DNA of 63,216 nucleotides, filler included, from Octopus bimaculoides (GCF_001194135.2; 5 parts of 5 records of this genome joined end to end with filler, not necessarily neighbours in it), one strand, 5' to 3'; positions 1-12,890 are shown, counted from the first letter of the whole stretch. Made by a program: numbers and translations. Notes: generated from the letters alone by a model not told the origin.

Positions 1-55
<55 letters not shown>

Positions 56-249
56 CATAACGAAGTATTAACACCAAGCAGTGTTTAGACATAAGCAATG
101 TTTAAGTATGTTTGTGACATATTTCAAATGCTAAAAAGCAAATCCACTGCTGCTACCGAAGAGAAAATATTTCTCTTATGGTAAAAATGTGTGAAAATAG
201 TTTTGTTCAGTGTCGCCATCTGGTAGTCCTGGTACATGATATATATGTA

Positions 250-520
250 TATATCATGTGAGTATGTGACCGACCAAACTATCTGATATTGTTACACATC
301 ACTGGTCATAATGCGCTTTTGCATTATTTTAGCCTTCAAATGACGCCACTCCGCTGGCTAGGCGAGTAGGCCAACAGTTCCCGCTTAATTGGAGGTGAAC
401 TTGAGCAATATGAAATGAAGTGTTTTTCTCAAGAATACAACGCGTTGCCCAGTCAGGGAATCGAACCCATGATCCAATGATTATGAGTGCAACAACCTAA
501 CCACTAGACCACGCGACTTC
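250..520 (-). mobile_element. tRNA-derived SINE
   Basis: Minus strand shows an A-box-like TGGTCTAGTGGTTAGG and a B box GGTTCGATTCC, followed by a non-tRNA body. Confidence 0.75.
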
Positions 521-544
521 AAGCGCGCGCGCATATACACACAC

Positions 545-579
<35 letters not shown>

Positions 580-714
580 TATGGTACTATAGTTCTATAG
601 TTGAAGGAAGTATAAATAATAACAATAACAATAATAATAATGCGGATAATAATTATAGTAGTAGTAACAATAATAATAATAATAATAATAATAACATTGA
701 CAAGAATATCAATA

Positions 715-924
715 ATAAAAGAAAGCAGGACCGGACTTAGCCTTAAATTGGATATAATACGGAGAGCACAGCCTTATAGGGATAGTCGATATGGGTGTGA
801 GCTTTGCTCTATGGAAATTTATGAGATGCTTGAGTACAGCGACAAGAAGAACCTGATTAATAATAGATTAGACGTAAGGGTATCATGCATGCATAGCATC
901 ACCCGCACATTTAAGTATTTCTGA
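715..924 (+). mobile_element. Penelope-like element, C-terminal GIY-YIG-associated remnant
   Basis: Translation IIRRAQPY..CELC.ME..E.LEY.....INNR.D....C.H resembles the Penelope-type C-terminus (IL.RA.PY..C.LC..EK....LN.R.E....C.H). Preceded by (AAT)n. Confidence 0.6.
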
Positions 925-1039
925 AACTAATAATATTGCATTTTTTTTTCTTGAACTTTGATGGTAGAAATTAATTTTGGTGTCATATGCGTTATAACTT
1001 AACCCATCAACTTGAAAAAAAAAATACTTGTAATGTATC

Positions 1040-2110
1040 AACCTGCATGTGGTGCTGTTTGCAACCCCGCTAAAAGTTTTGTTATGGGTAAGTTATTTGA
1101 GGATGTTGATTCTTTCATCTACCTTGAAAGCTCAGTACAAAATTATGGAAATCTGGAAGCAGAAATACATTTGCGAATTTGGTGGTCTGGAGTCACGCGT
1201 TTGGCGCCAACGACATATAAACAACAATACAAAATTGGCTGTTTACAAATCGTTTGTCTTAACATCCCAGGTGAAATTCTTCTGAAACATGGACATGTTA
1301 TGAAAGACATTTCAAATTGTTTGAACAATTCCACCAAAAATGCTTTCATCGAATTTTAAACATTAAATGGAGTTCTTTTACTCCAAACACAGATGTCCTT
1401 GCGTCTGTAGGCATCACCTCAATTAAAGCAATGATTCTGAAGAACCAAACGAGATGGTTTGGCCATATTGTTCGAATGGCAGATGAACGCACACCCAAAC
1501 AGCTGTTTTATGGTGAGCTTGCAGAGGGGAGACGCTATCGGTATAAACCTTAAAAAAGGTTTAAGGACGGCATTAGGACTATCATGAAATCACTTGGATT
1601 GGATCCAGAGGACATAGAGGTCTTTGCTTCGGATTGAGCTGGATAGCGAACAAAAGTGTGGAGTGGAGTGAAAGCGTTTGAAGAGGCCAGGATAACGCAT
1701 GTAAGACTCAAAAGATATCTAAGGAAGAATGTTACGATCGAGAAGGTGAATGACAACGACCATTTCGTGTGCACACTTTGTGACAGACCATGCTTTTCTT
1801 TTCGTGGGCTCAGATCTCATTTGCAAACCCATGGAAAAGAAACCCCCACTAACTATAGTGCCTATATGTCCGTGTACACCTTTCAGTGCAATGTATGCCA
1901 GAAGGTCTGCAATTCTAAGGAAGATCTCAAAAGACATCTTAAGGTCCACAAAGATCAGAACGTAACTGCAGCTCTTGGTGGTGCATATCGGATATGCAGT
2001 CTATGTGAGTGTCTTTTCAAAATATTGCCTGGTTTTAGAAGCCACATCAGATGTCATGATGATGCTAAGGTGTACAGGAGGTGGTCAAACTTTGCATAAG
2101 GAGTAGACAA
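1040..2110 (+). mobile_element. RTE-clade LINE, 3' part (post-RT region plus three C2H2 fingers), disrupted
   Basis: Frameshifted segments read FIYLES, TKLAVYKSFVLT, FHQKC..RILNIKW, RWFGHIVRMADERTPKQLFYGEL and KRFKD, then three C-x2-C-x12-H-x3-H motifs. Confidence 0.85.
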
Positions 2111-2182
2111 CCACCATATATATATATGTGTGTGTGTTTGTGTGTGCGTGTGTGTGTGTATGTATGCGTGCGTGCGCGCGCT

Positions 2183-2223
<41 letters not shown>

Positions 2224-2278
2224 TCATACACACACACATATACATTAGTGTCCCAGCATGACCGAAGCTCTAAAGCTG

Positions 2279-2363
<85 letters not shown>

Positions 2364-2392
2364 TATATATATTATATATATATTATATATAT

Positions 2393-3415
2393 AAACTTAC
2401 TTGGAAAAGGATGCGTGGCGTTTGATCATATAATAATACAAATAATATGTAAATATATGCATATATACATACATATGTACATACCTACATATATATGTAT
2501 ATATATACAGCATATATGGGTACAAGACTTAAAAAAACGTGGACAGAATGAGAAACGAGAATATAAAAAAACAAAAACATGGAAAACGAACTTTTTTCGA
2601 ACATCGAAAAAGAAAACCCAGAGAAACGAGACATGCAACATAAAGAACATTCCGTTCATCAGTTGTCCTTCGCGTTTCGAAGGTAGGGACAAGACGCGAC
2701 TTAATTAAAGCAAATGAAATAAAATTTGGGATATTTTGCGGAGGGTGAAAGCGGTAACAAAAGCAGGACAGTGAGAACAAAACAGTAAAAACAAACGGTG
2801 AGGGTTGTTAAGCTAAGATGATGCGAGGTGGTAAACGCTGGGAAAACGAGCTTTGAGAAGAGACAGATAAAAGGTCATCTTGTCTTCAGGAAGGAAGTGG
2901 AAGAAAGAGAGATGGATGGCTGTTGGTTGCGTGTGAGCAGCAAGAGAGTCAAGGAGAAAGAGTGAGAGAGAAAGAGAGAGGGAACGGTGAAGGGGAAAGG
3001 AGAAGAATAGGGAAAGGAGAAGAATAGGGAAAGGAGAAGAATAGGGAAAGGGTGGGAGAGAAAAACAGAAAGGACGAAAAACAACAGAGGGAGTAGATAG
3101 ACAGAAAAGAGATAGAATAAGAGTGTGCATCGTAATTATTAAGATAAAACTTACTTGGAAAAGGATGCCTGTAGGGGACAACTGATGAAGGGAATGTTCT
3201 TTATGTTGCATGTCTTGTTTCTCTGTTTGTTTTTTTCGTGATTCGAAAAAATGTATGTTTTCTGTTTTTGTTTTTTATGTTCTCGTTTCTCATTTTGTCC
3301 ACGTTCTTTTGATGTCCTGTACCCATATATGCATGTATGTATACATATATATGTAGGCATGTACATATATGTATGTATATATGCATATATTTATATATTA
3401 TTTACATTATATATA
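2393..3415. repeat. Inverted duplication (about 2450-2670 vs 3175-3410) with a 22-bp direct repeat
   Basis: The arms are reverse complements (e.g. gagacatgcaacataaagaacattcc vs ggaatgttctttatgttgcatgtct). aaacttacttggaaaaggatgc occurs at 2393 and 3147. Confidence 0.8.
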
Positions 3416-4134
3416 TATANNNNNNNNNNNNNNNNNNNNNNNNNNNNNNNNNNNNNNNNNNNNNNNNNNNNNNNNNNNNNNNNNNNNNNNNNNNNNNNNN
3501 NNNNNNNNNNNNNNNNNNNNNNNNNNNNNNNNNNNNNNNNNNNNNNNNNNNNNNNNNNNNNNNNNNNNNNNNNNNNNNNNNNNNNNNNNNNNNNNNNNNN
3601 NNNNNNNNNNNNNNNNNNNNNNNNNNNNNNNNNNNNNNNNNNNNNNNNNNNNNNNNNNNNNNNNNNNNNNNNNNNNNNNNNNNNNNNNNNNNNNNNNNNN
3701 NNNNNNNNNNNNNNNNNNNNNNNNNNNNNNNNNNNNNNNNNNNNNNNNNNNNNNNNNNNNNNNNNNNNNNNNNNNNNNNNNNNNNNNNNNNNNNNNNNNN
3801 NNNNNNNNNNNNNNNNNNNNNNNNNNNNNNNNNNNNNNNNNNNNNNNNNNNNNNNNNNNNNNNNNNNNNNNNNNNNNNNNNNNNNNNNNNNNNNNNNNNN
3901 NNNNNNNNNNNNNNNNNNNNNNNNNNNNNNNNNNNNNNNNNNNNNNNNNNNNNNNNNNNNNNNNNNNNNNNNNNNNNNNNNNNNNNNNNNNNNNNNNNNN
4001 NNNNNNNNNNNNNNNNNNNNNNNNNNNNNNNNNNNNNNNNNNNNNNNNNNNNNNNNNNNNNNNNNNNNNNNNNNNNNNNNNNNNNNNNNNNNNNNNNNNN
4101 NNATATATGCATACACACACAGAATTAAAAAAGA

Positions 4135-4600
4135 ACTACTGATAGTTTTATGTTGTAAGGATACAATAATTTGGTATTTATACAACATGCCATGTGTTTC
4201 CAATCAATTCTTCAGGCTCAGTGCATCCCGTTAATCCTATTTTTGTCAAACTAGAGGACACCGATCTCTCAACCGATTGAATAGTTATTTTATAGACTTT
4301 GCTTTCGTTCCATTATATTATTCTACATCAGCTACATTAATAATGCTTTCTACAAGCAAAGGGTTTCAGATTTTGGTTTTCTTTCTGTTCTTTTCTTTCT
4401 TCTCGTTCCACTTCTTGCATGAACTTTCTTTAGTTTTTTGTTTTTTCTGTCGTATTTTCTCATTCCCCAGCGTTCTGATTTTCAGATAGGTCTAACGATA
4501 TGCACCGAGCCTGAAGGATTGCATGAAGACGTATAGCATGTTATATAAATCTGCCAACTTATTGTATCTCTACGGCATGAAACTAATTAGTAACTTTTTA
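4135..4600. repeat. Diverged inverted repeat (about 4135-4220 vs 4507-4600) with a degenerate hammerhead-like core
   Basis: gagcctgaag...gcatgtt.tataaat...ttattgtatc...aaacta..agta aligns between the plus arm and the reverse complement of the left arm. Confidence 0.6.
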
Positions 4601-5860
4601 AAATTACATGTGTATTAAATGATATTTACTTCTCACTGAATGGAGTACTTTTTTTTATTGGTCTTATCGTTACGGAAAATTAAACTAAACACACACTCAC
4701 ATTCATATATCGTTCTACATGTGGAAACGTGTCTGTGTGTTTATATTTGTGCCATTTGAAACTGACGCTGTTTATGTACTACAACTTAGCAGTTCAAGAA
4801 ATGTAATTGATAAATATATAAACAAGTATTGTGATCGCTATGTTCAACTAAACCCAAGAAGCATAACCGCAACCCAATAACCAATAAAGGACTAAATGAC
4901 TAAATTAGTATTATGTATATGTATGTGTGTGTACGTGTATATGTATGTACACACACGCGCGCACACACAAACATACAAACACACATGTTTATATAATTTC
5001 TTTTTTGGAGTAGTATATCTCGAAGAGCACACACATAGAGATATAAGTAATAGTATGTTATAAGTAATATTGGGTTGAAAATCTTTCTGGAATAGTAAAA
5101 TTCGAAGGCTGCCCCTGCGATTCGAACTCCTGTAGATCCTTTCTATTCAAGAGAGTATTTTAACCTAACATTGCATGAGTAATAATGCAGAGCGAATAAT
5201 GAATTCACGAATGACCAAAGAACAGGAGTTATGTAATCACTTTCAGTAGGTTACTGTTGTTTCTGCTATAAGAAGCATTGCAATTAGATCTGAGTGGTGG
5301 AGCGACATCTTTTAGTAGAAGAAGTACACAAAGTTGAAGTAGTATTCTATCAAAATAACCATCTATGTAACATATTAATGCATACACAATGCCGATATTT
5401 GTCCTGGGATAATATTTCATACAGGCTTGCCGTGTTAAAGCACAATAAATATCAGAGAAGGAGGAAGGTAGAGAGAGAGAGAGAGAGAGAGAGAGAAGGA
5501 GGAGGAGGAGGAGGAAGATGAAAAACAACCAGCGGCAACTCCAGATGCATTTCGGCCTTATGAAACTTTTTCAATAGCGTGAATTCGCAGCTTCTATTGC
5601 GTATACCGGATTTTAGTGAGCCGGGCGGCTATTGATAACATGAATGAATGTTTTATTAACTTTTTTCCTATATCAGAAACGAGGAAACTACCTTTTAGCA
5701 TGCGGCTGGCTGAAAAACCCCAAAGACCGAAAGGCATCCGGCGCTCAAGCTGGCTTCTGCAGGGACAACTTTTCGTCTCTCTCTGATACTTATTGTGCTT
5801 TTAATCTAGGAAGTCCATAAAAATTGTTATCTCAGGACATTGTGTATACATTAGCATTCG

Positions 5861-5907
<47 letters not shown>

Positions 5908-5982
5908 ATATATATATATGTATATAAACATGTATATATACACACATACATGCATACATGCATACATACATACATACATGCA

Positions 5983-6018
<36 letters not shown>

Positions 6019-6944
6019 TATATGTTTATATAAGATNNNNNNNNNNNNNNNNNNNNNNNNNNNNNNNNNNNNNNNNNNNNNNNNNNNNNNNNNNNNNNNN
6101 NNNATATATATATATATATATATACATATATAGTTAGGAATGTGTTTTATTTGGAAAGCAAAAGGTGGATTTTCATTCAGGCATATTGATTCGAACCTGA
6201 ATCTACAGGATTCCCTTTCTCACGGAGAGACAGCTGAGACATTCAGCACATGGCTGATGCAAGGCGATTTATGTGTTATCTACTTGACCCTTCTCTGCAA
6301 ACAATAGTTGACAGGAAGTAAGGAAGTTACCTACAACACTTCCCATTGCTTTCAGAGCGGTATGTCCTTCTTTCTTGACGTGTTACGATAATTATAAATA
6401 CAGACGGTCAGTCAGAGAAGGGAGCTTGACGAGATGACCAGGACAAGTTGATTAATGTTGATCACTAGCTCACTTTAGAATGACATGTGTCATTCTGTTT
6501 TTTCTCGACGGCTGCTAAGATGACGGATAGAACGTTGGCATCATTCTGCCCTTTTCCTCTATTTCGCTGTCTTTATTACCCTTTAAGGGTCTGTTAGTAC
6601 TAACAACAGTAAACAACAACACAAGAGGAAAACGGTAAGAGTGACCTCCCTTTTGTTTTGATCGCCTTTCGTGGATTCACATGTGTATGTATGTGTATAT
6701 GCGCATATATATATGTATATGTGTGTATGTGTATCAGTATGCATGTATATGTGTGTGTTTGTGTATGTGTATTTATGTATGCATGTACGCTCTTACACAT
6801 TGATTGGTATGTGTTGTCCAACCCACTATCCGGCAGCGTCCAATTCTCTAACGGTTTTTTTCAAATGAATCAAGTCATAACCTTATCCATCTATTGTTTT
6901 CATAATCGGTCATAATGTCTTACGTTTAAGATGATTCCCATGCT

Positions 6945-7028
6945 TTCCCTGATGAGAAGGTTACAATTTTAACATCAAAGATCCCTATGGATCACACAGG
7001 TTGTAATCCTTTGAAACATATGTAGGAA
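6945..7028 (+). ncRNA. Type I hammerhead ribozyme motif (Penelope-terminal type)
   Basis: TTCC-CTGATGA(6949-55)-stem II (GAAGGTTACAA pairs with TTGTAATCCTTT, one bulge)-GAAA(7013-16)-C-ATAT-GT-A(7024)-GGAA. Stem I is TTCC/GGAA; stem III is the palindrome ACATATGT. Confidence 0.8.
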
Positions 7029-7215
7029 TAAAGTATGCAATTATAACATGCGTTTTCTCCAATCCTTAAATTCTTAAATATACTCAAATACCCAAAATTT
7101 CAAGGAGTTCCTGCCTTACCACAGTTATTTTGTGTTCTTTGCTACATTGGTTTCTATTAACCCATTTATTCTATCAGAAGAATTTTTATTAATTAAGATA
7201 GATATATATATAAAG

Positions 7216-7510
7216 TAAGGGCGCATGGCCTAGTGGTTACTGTGTTGCACTCACAATCTAGCAATTGTGATTTCAATTCCTAGACCGTGTGGTGCCTTTT
7301 GTTCTGGAGCAAAACACTTCATCTCACGTAGGTCTGCAATCTCTCCAACATTGAATCGTGGTACACCTGTGTGCACCTGTTCAGACAACGTCGATTTGAT
7401 GAAGGGAATGAGCTAATGTACGACACATACATCTGATCTCTTATAAACAAATCATTTGTGCAGATCGTTCGGCACAAAGCTAAATATCCATACGTCATCT
7501 TTGATGGGTG
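7216..7510 (+). mobile_element. tRNA-derived SINE (same family as 60438-60695)
   Basis: TGGCCTAGTGGTT head; body (gagcaaaacactt...gtacacc...aaatcatttgtgca...catacgtcatctt) shared with the copy at 60.4 kb. Confidence 0.7.
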
Positions 7511-7964
7511 AGTTCATCACACACACACGCGCGCGCGTATGTATTGATAGATGGATGGATGGATGGATGGATATATGGGATACTTGTACGGTCTTGTAGC
7601 CAATATTAGCTATAAACTAATTTAGATAAGTGTTTTGAAATAATATAGACGTTTAATCTCTTTGCTGTTTTTGAATTTGTCTGCTTGTCGAATGTAATTC
7701 ATCTTAGGGTCCTTAGTGAGTACGAGTAAATTTTGAATAATGATGCCTCATCGTTTCTAGAGTTGTGTATCGAAATATAGAATAGTATTTAGGGCGTGTA
7801 ATGTCGCTTTGATTCCCTTACTATTTTGATATATTTTTTCTTCACGCGTTTAATCCCTTTATCTATTAGTGAGGGTGGATAGTGTCTCTCAACTGGTGCG
7901 GTTTTATGGTCTTGAAGTCGAAGGTCCCAGCAGACACAATTGTGCAAATCCTTTTCGCTAAATT

Positions 7965-8148
7965 AAAGGGAATATTTATTTCAATGTGTTACACGTAGCA
8001 TAAGTTAAGCAAACGGCATTGATTCGTGTCTGTGAGCATATAATAGATATCGGTTTCAATTTGCTCTTTGCAGCATATTAAAACTGAAAATTTTGATTTA
8101 CACTGTTGAACAGTGATTTAAATTCAAAAAGTTTATCGATATTCCCTT
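7965..8148. mobile_element. Possible MITE with short TIRs (TTAA-AGGG type)
   Basis: attaaagggaatat at the left end and atattccctttcaa at the right end. Confidence 0.35.
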
Positions 8149-8149
8149 T

Positions 8150-9700
8150 CAAAACGATAAAGCAATCAGCCAGGTATATTTTCCAGTTATCTCTTACATA
8201 ATGGTATAATGAGCATCAATATTTCTGTGGTAATACTTGATATATAGTTAATTCTAAAAATCTTATTATTAGGTTCCCATTGCAATTCCACTTTTTTGTC
8301 AAAAGTAAGTATCAAATAAGCAATTAATGTCGAATAAGAAGTAATTTGAAAGTTTCCATTATAGACTCCTGATTCATGCACTCTGGAAGTTCTGGATAGT
8401 TTTCAAGCCAAAATTTAACTGCTTCTATTCCATAGTATTGTGGGATATTAGCGTACAGGTTCACAACATCAAAAGAAACCAAAGTTGCCTCTTCATTCAT
8501 TGTTTTTGGTAGGTGGTTTAACATGTCTAGAACATCTCTAATGAAGCTTTTGATATATTTCAAAAAGGGTTTCAGAAGGACATCGAATAAAATTGCTTAA
8601 GCAGTGAGCTTCACACGCTCGGCCCACTATAATGAGTCTTAGTTTTAAATCGTGTGGTGTTTGGTTATTAATGTAAATGCTTGGTGAATGTTTGCAGGTT
8701 TCATTAATTATCTGGCACTTGTAGATTTTATGTAAACCGTTGAAAAGATTAGGCTTACATTCAAAATTTGTGATATCATTGCTTTATTTGTCTGTCGGAT
8801 CCTTTCCATGTCGGTGAATTAAGGATGCAAGATTTTTCATCATTTTTTATTGTTTATACTTTTTTTAGCCTTTTCATAGAAGGTCATATCTTCTGGCATG
8901 GACATTATTTGTTTTTAGTGATATTCTGTGTCCATCAGAACTACAGCACTTCCTTTGTCGGCTTCTTTGATTGTCAACTCTTTATCGTTTTGCTGTTCAA
9001 ATAAAATTTTCCATTCGATATTACTGAGATGTGAGTTGATTTTTTCTTGTGTAAAGTATTATTCGGGAAATTCAGGATATGGCCAGAAAGGTCATCGTGT
9101 CTTACCTTTACGTGGAAGATAATTCCTTTTGTTTTTGACCAGTGATTCATTCTCGTTGTTGTAAGTCACAACATTAAACAAAATTCTGCAATATTGTCTT
9201 TGATTTCATTCTAATTAGATCTGCGTGGGATTGGGGTAAATTTTAGTCTTTTAACTTATATTTTGATTTTTGTTGTTGAGAAAGTTTTCTTTGATAAGTT
9301 TATTACTTTGGGTTTTTCCTGTATGTTTTGTTCCGTGTGTCTTTGTTTCTCTGGACCGGGTCTAGAAAAAGTTTGTTGTATATACGTTGATGTAAATTGT
9401 CAGTGTTACTAATGACATTTGAATTGTTAGAAGGCTGGTTTTGCTGTCCGAGCATATTGATTGTAATTACATGTTTTGAGTTTCTTCGATGAGGGTTAAA
9501 TGTATTTCCCGGTGTATTTTTAATGCTCTTATAAAGCATTTAATTTCTATCTTCATTTTCCCTAGAATTAGTTTCTCCTTTTGGTGTCTTTCTGTTCGGG
9601 CTCTTCTGGAACTGAGTTTAAAATATATACACTGTGTGTATATTCTTTCTTTAATTTCATTTTTCTACAACTCACTATGTGAGGAAAATATCTCTCCAAT
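8150..9700 (-). mobile_element. Penelope-like reverse transcriptase fragment, disrupted
   Basis: Minus-strand translation YIKSFIRDVLDMLNHLP...TLVSFDVVNLYANIP, with an upstream LKLRLII motif, is typical of PLE RT. Many stops and frameshifts. Confidence 0.8.
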
Positions 9701-9914
9701 AAAGTTTTTCATTATATATNNNNNNNNNNACATATATATATATATACATACAGACACACACATACACACACATACATACATGCATACATACATACATACC
9801 TACATAAATAAATACATACACACATACATACGTACATACATACATGCATACATACATGCATGCATACATACATACATACATACATACATACATGCATGCA
9901 TACGTACATACAAG

Positions 9915-12770
9915 CATCACTATACGTCTACCCAACAAAACGTGAAGAAGGCGATAGAAATTTAGAGATATCAAAAAGAGGACACTCAATTACAAACTGA
10001 TTATCCTCAAGCAGGAGTTAAAAGCTGTCATTGAGAAACTCAGACACCAGGAGAGAATAAACGAGAGGAAAACAATAAATAAGAAATTTAACCGGTACCA
10101 GGCAGCAGTGTACAGAGACACGAGAGGAGAAGCAGTGAACATCACAGAAGATCCTTCACGAGAAGAAATAGACTCCTTCTGAAGGAAAATCTGGAACGAA
10201 GAGAAGGCGTTAAACCAAGATGCTCTGTGACTGGAGGAAATTCGAAGACGTTATTGTCCTTGCATTATACTTAAGAAATGCAGTATTGATGGTGATATCC
10301 TTGTGATTGTAATCCAGATATTTCAGGATGGAAAAGCACCTGGAAGAGACTTGATTGTTGGATACTGGTACAAGAAGCTAAACTTCTACCGACCATATCC
10401 TATCAACCTGTACCAACAAGTTCTCAATGGGAACAGTAGCATACTGCACTGGTTAGCTCTAACAGAGACAAAACTGATCCTCAAATGCAGAACCACCCAC
10501 ATGTCAAAAAACATCCGGCCAATTGCATGCCAGAACGTAATGTAATAAGATATATACTGCATGCTTAAACCTTTTCCTTCAAGACCATTGTAAAACCAAT
10601 AAAATCATCACAACAGAACAAACAGCTGGAAAAAGGGAGTCTGGGGATGTACCGAGCAACTGCTAAACAAAACTGTAATGCTTAATGCTAGTGGTGCGGG
10701 AACATAGAAGGGATCTCATTTCAATGTGGCCAGACTACAAGAAAGCCTTTGACTCTGTCCTCCACTCATGAATGCTAGAAGCCTTTCGACTTGCTAAAGT
10801 TCCAGCAAGCACAGTCAAAGCTATAGCTGACCTGATCCCATTGTAGGTCACCATTTTGAAGTTAAATACAAGAAATGACTGTATTATTACTGATAGAACA
10901 CAGTATCGCAGAGGTATGTCCCAAGAGGACAGCCTGTCTGTGATGTAGTTTATACTTTCTGTAAACCCCTTGTCATTCATGTTAAAGAAGTTTGAAGGAT
11001 ATCTCACCGGTTCACAAGGAAACAGAGATACCAAAATTACACATTGTTTCTTTGTGGATAACTTGCAACTATATGCAAGGAATATGCATGAAATGGAAAA
11101 GAACCTTGACCTAGCTACAACATTCTCAAAGGATATAGGGTTGGATTTTGGTCAGGATAAATTTTGCTAAACGTTTGTGAAAAGAAGGAAAGCTGTGAAC
11201 CAGACAAACAACATCTTCATCAATGACTTGTTTGTTCCTCCTCTATCTGAAGAAGAATGTTACAGGTGCCTTGGGGTAGGTAAAAACATATCTTACGATG
11301 GCACCTTTAACAAAATACGTGTCACTAAAGAATATTACAACTGAATAAAGAAAATATAAACCTCGGAACCCTCTGCGTTCAATAAAACTGACGCCCACAA
11401 TGTGTTTGCAGTGCCAATACTCGCACCAATATTTGGGCCACTTCATTGGACGCTAGATGAGTTCCGAACCATTGATGTGAAAGCACAGAAGATACTAATA
11501 AGCACACAGAATTTCCACATCAACAGTAACGTACACCGCTTCTATCTAAAACGAAAACAAGGCGACAGAGGCTTAACATTGATCCAAAATGCCTTTGAAT
11601 ATCATAAAATATCCCTTCGGTAGCATCTTTTAACCACCAAGTGTCGAAGTGCATCCTTTGACCAAGTCTTCATGCATAAGACTGATAACATCATAAGACT
11701 TGGAAGACAGCTCCTTGAGCAACATTCTTTGTTTGATAACCTAGAATACACGCACAAGGAAGTCGCATAACTCTACCGCAACGTATCATAAGCTCAAAGA
11801 ATGAGTCTGTGTGAGAAGAAGACTATGCATGGATATGTCTGTAGAAAGCTCCGGGATGATAGTAACATTGATTAGCAAAGCAGTCTATCATAGACCAACA
11901 ATCGGATTACTACCTTCCACATTGAAGGGTATGTGTTTACAATCCAGAAACAGGAAATATCCACCAAATACTCGATGTACAAAAGGGATAGAGATGCAGG
12001 AAAAACAGTAAAATATGATAATCGATGAAAACTTTGTGGAGTTCACACAGAAGATATCACCCACATCATAAGTAGTTGTCCGAAAATGCCATCACGATAT
12101 TATCTGCCGATGAGACATGATGTTGTAGCAAGGACACTGTATAATGAAATTCATCAAAAGGATAAAACCGAGGTCAGAGAAATATGAACCTACAGGATAA
12201 TGAAAGCCGTAGCCACTCATAATAAAAAGGACTACTGGTGAAATGTCACAGAGGAAGAAAAACTGTACAGTTGTGAAAATCAGCTGCTCGTGGATGTCAA
12301 CATAAAGCTAAAGATCAGCGAAAAAGAGAATACCTACGCTGAACTATTGAGAAATCTATAGCTACTCTATTCAGTTTACAAGTTCAGGTTTATACCTGTA
12401 ATTATTGAAGCACTGGGATATGTAATACACTGCTTAAATACCAATCATGAGAAATTAGGCTTCTCAAAACCAGAAAGATGAGAGCTAATTTCGAGACTAC
12501 AGATCCAGTCTGGATCTGTAAAATTCGTAATGCTTTCCAGAAGTTTATCATTTAAGTATATATGAGCCTAACTAGATATGCAACTATATGCATGAGAAAA
12601 CATACATAAATCAAAACAAACAAATCTACACACATACATACATACATACATACATACATACAAAAATACCCTGTAGTTAATGTTGAAGCTTCAATGAAGG
12701 AGCCTTCGATCAAGTTTAGAAACCGGCTCTCTCTCTATTGGCAAGAAATCTTGACATATAACTTAATAAT
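9915..12770 (+). mobile_element. R4/Dong-clade non-LTR retrotransposon (RT + CCHC + RLE), decayed
   Basis: Motifs: KAPGRD..VGYWYKK, KAFDSV, ITHCFFVDNLQLYA, RFYLKRKQGDRGL, EKTMHG, HIISSCP...RHDVVA, KENTYAELLRNL and FIPVII.ALG. Flanked by (TACA)n on both sides. Confidence 0.88.
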
Positions 12771-12854
12771 GACATACATGCATACATACATACATACATG
12801 CATCCATGCATACATACTTGTGTACATGTATGTGTACATATATGTACATATATG

Positions 12855-12890
<36 letters not shown>

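Noticed and set aside
455-515. tRNA genes suggested by A/B boxes in SINE heads
   Set aside because: No full cloverleaf or acceptor stem, and each continues into a repeated SINE body.
3251-4234. Long ORFs crossing N gaps (also at 12.7-13.4, 27.1-27.8, 33.5-33.9 and 51.5-52.5 kb)
   Set aside because: They are open only because N codons are untranslatable.
12690-12730. Hammerhead-like string caatgaaggagcc...tagaaaccgg in the R4 element 3' region; also CTGATGA at 3182 and ctgaaaa at 5711
   Set aside because: Core nucleotides or stems are missing, so no valid fold.
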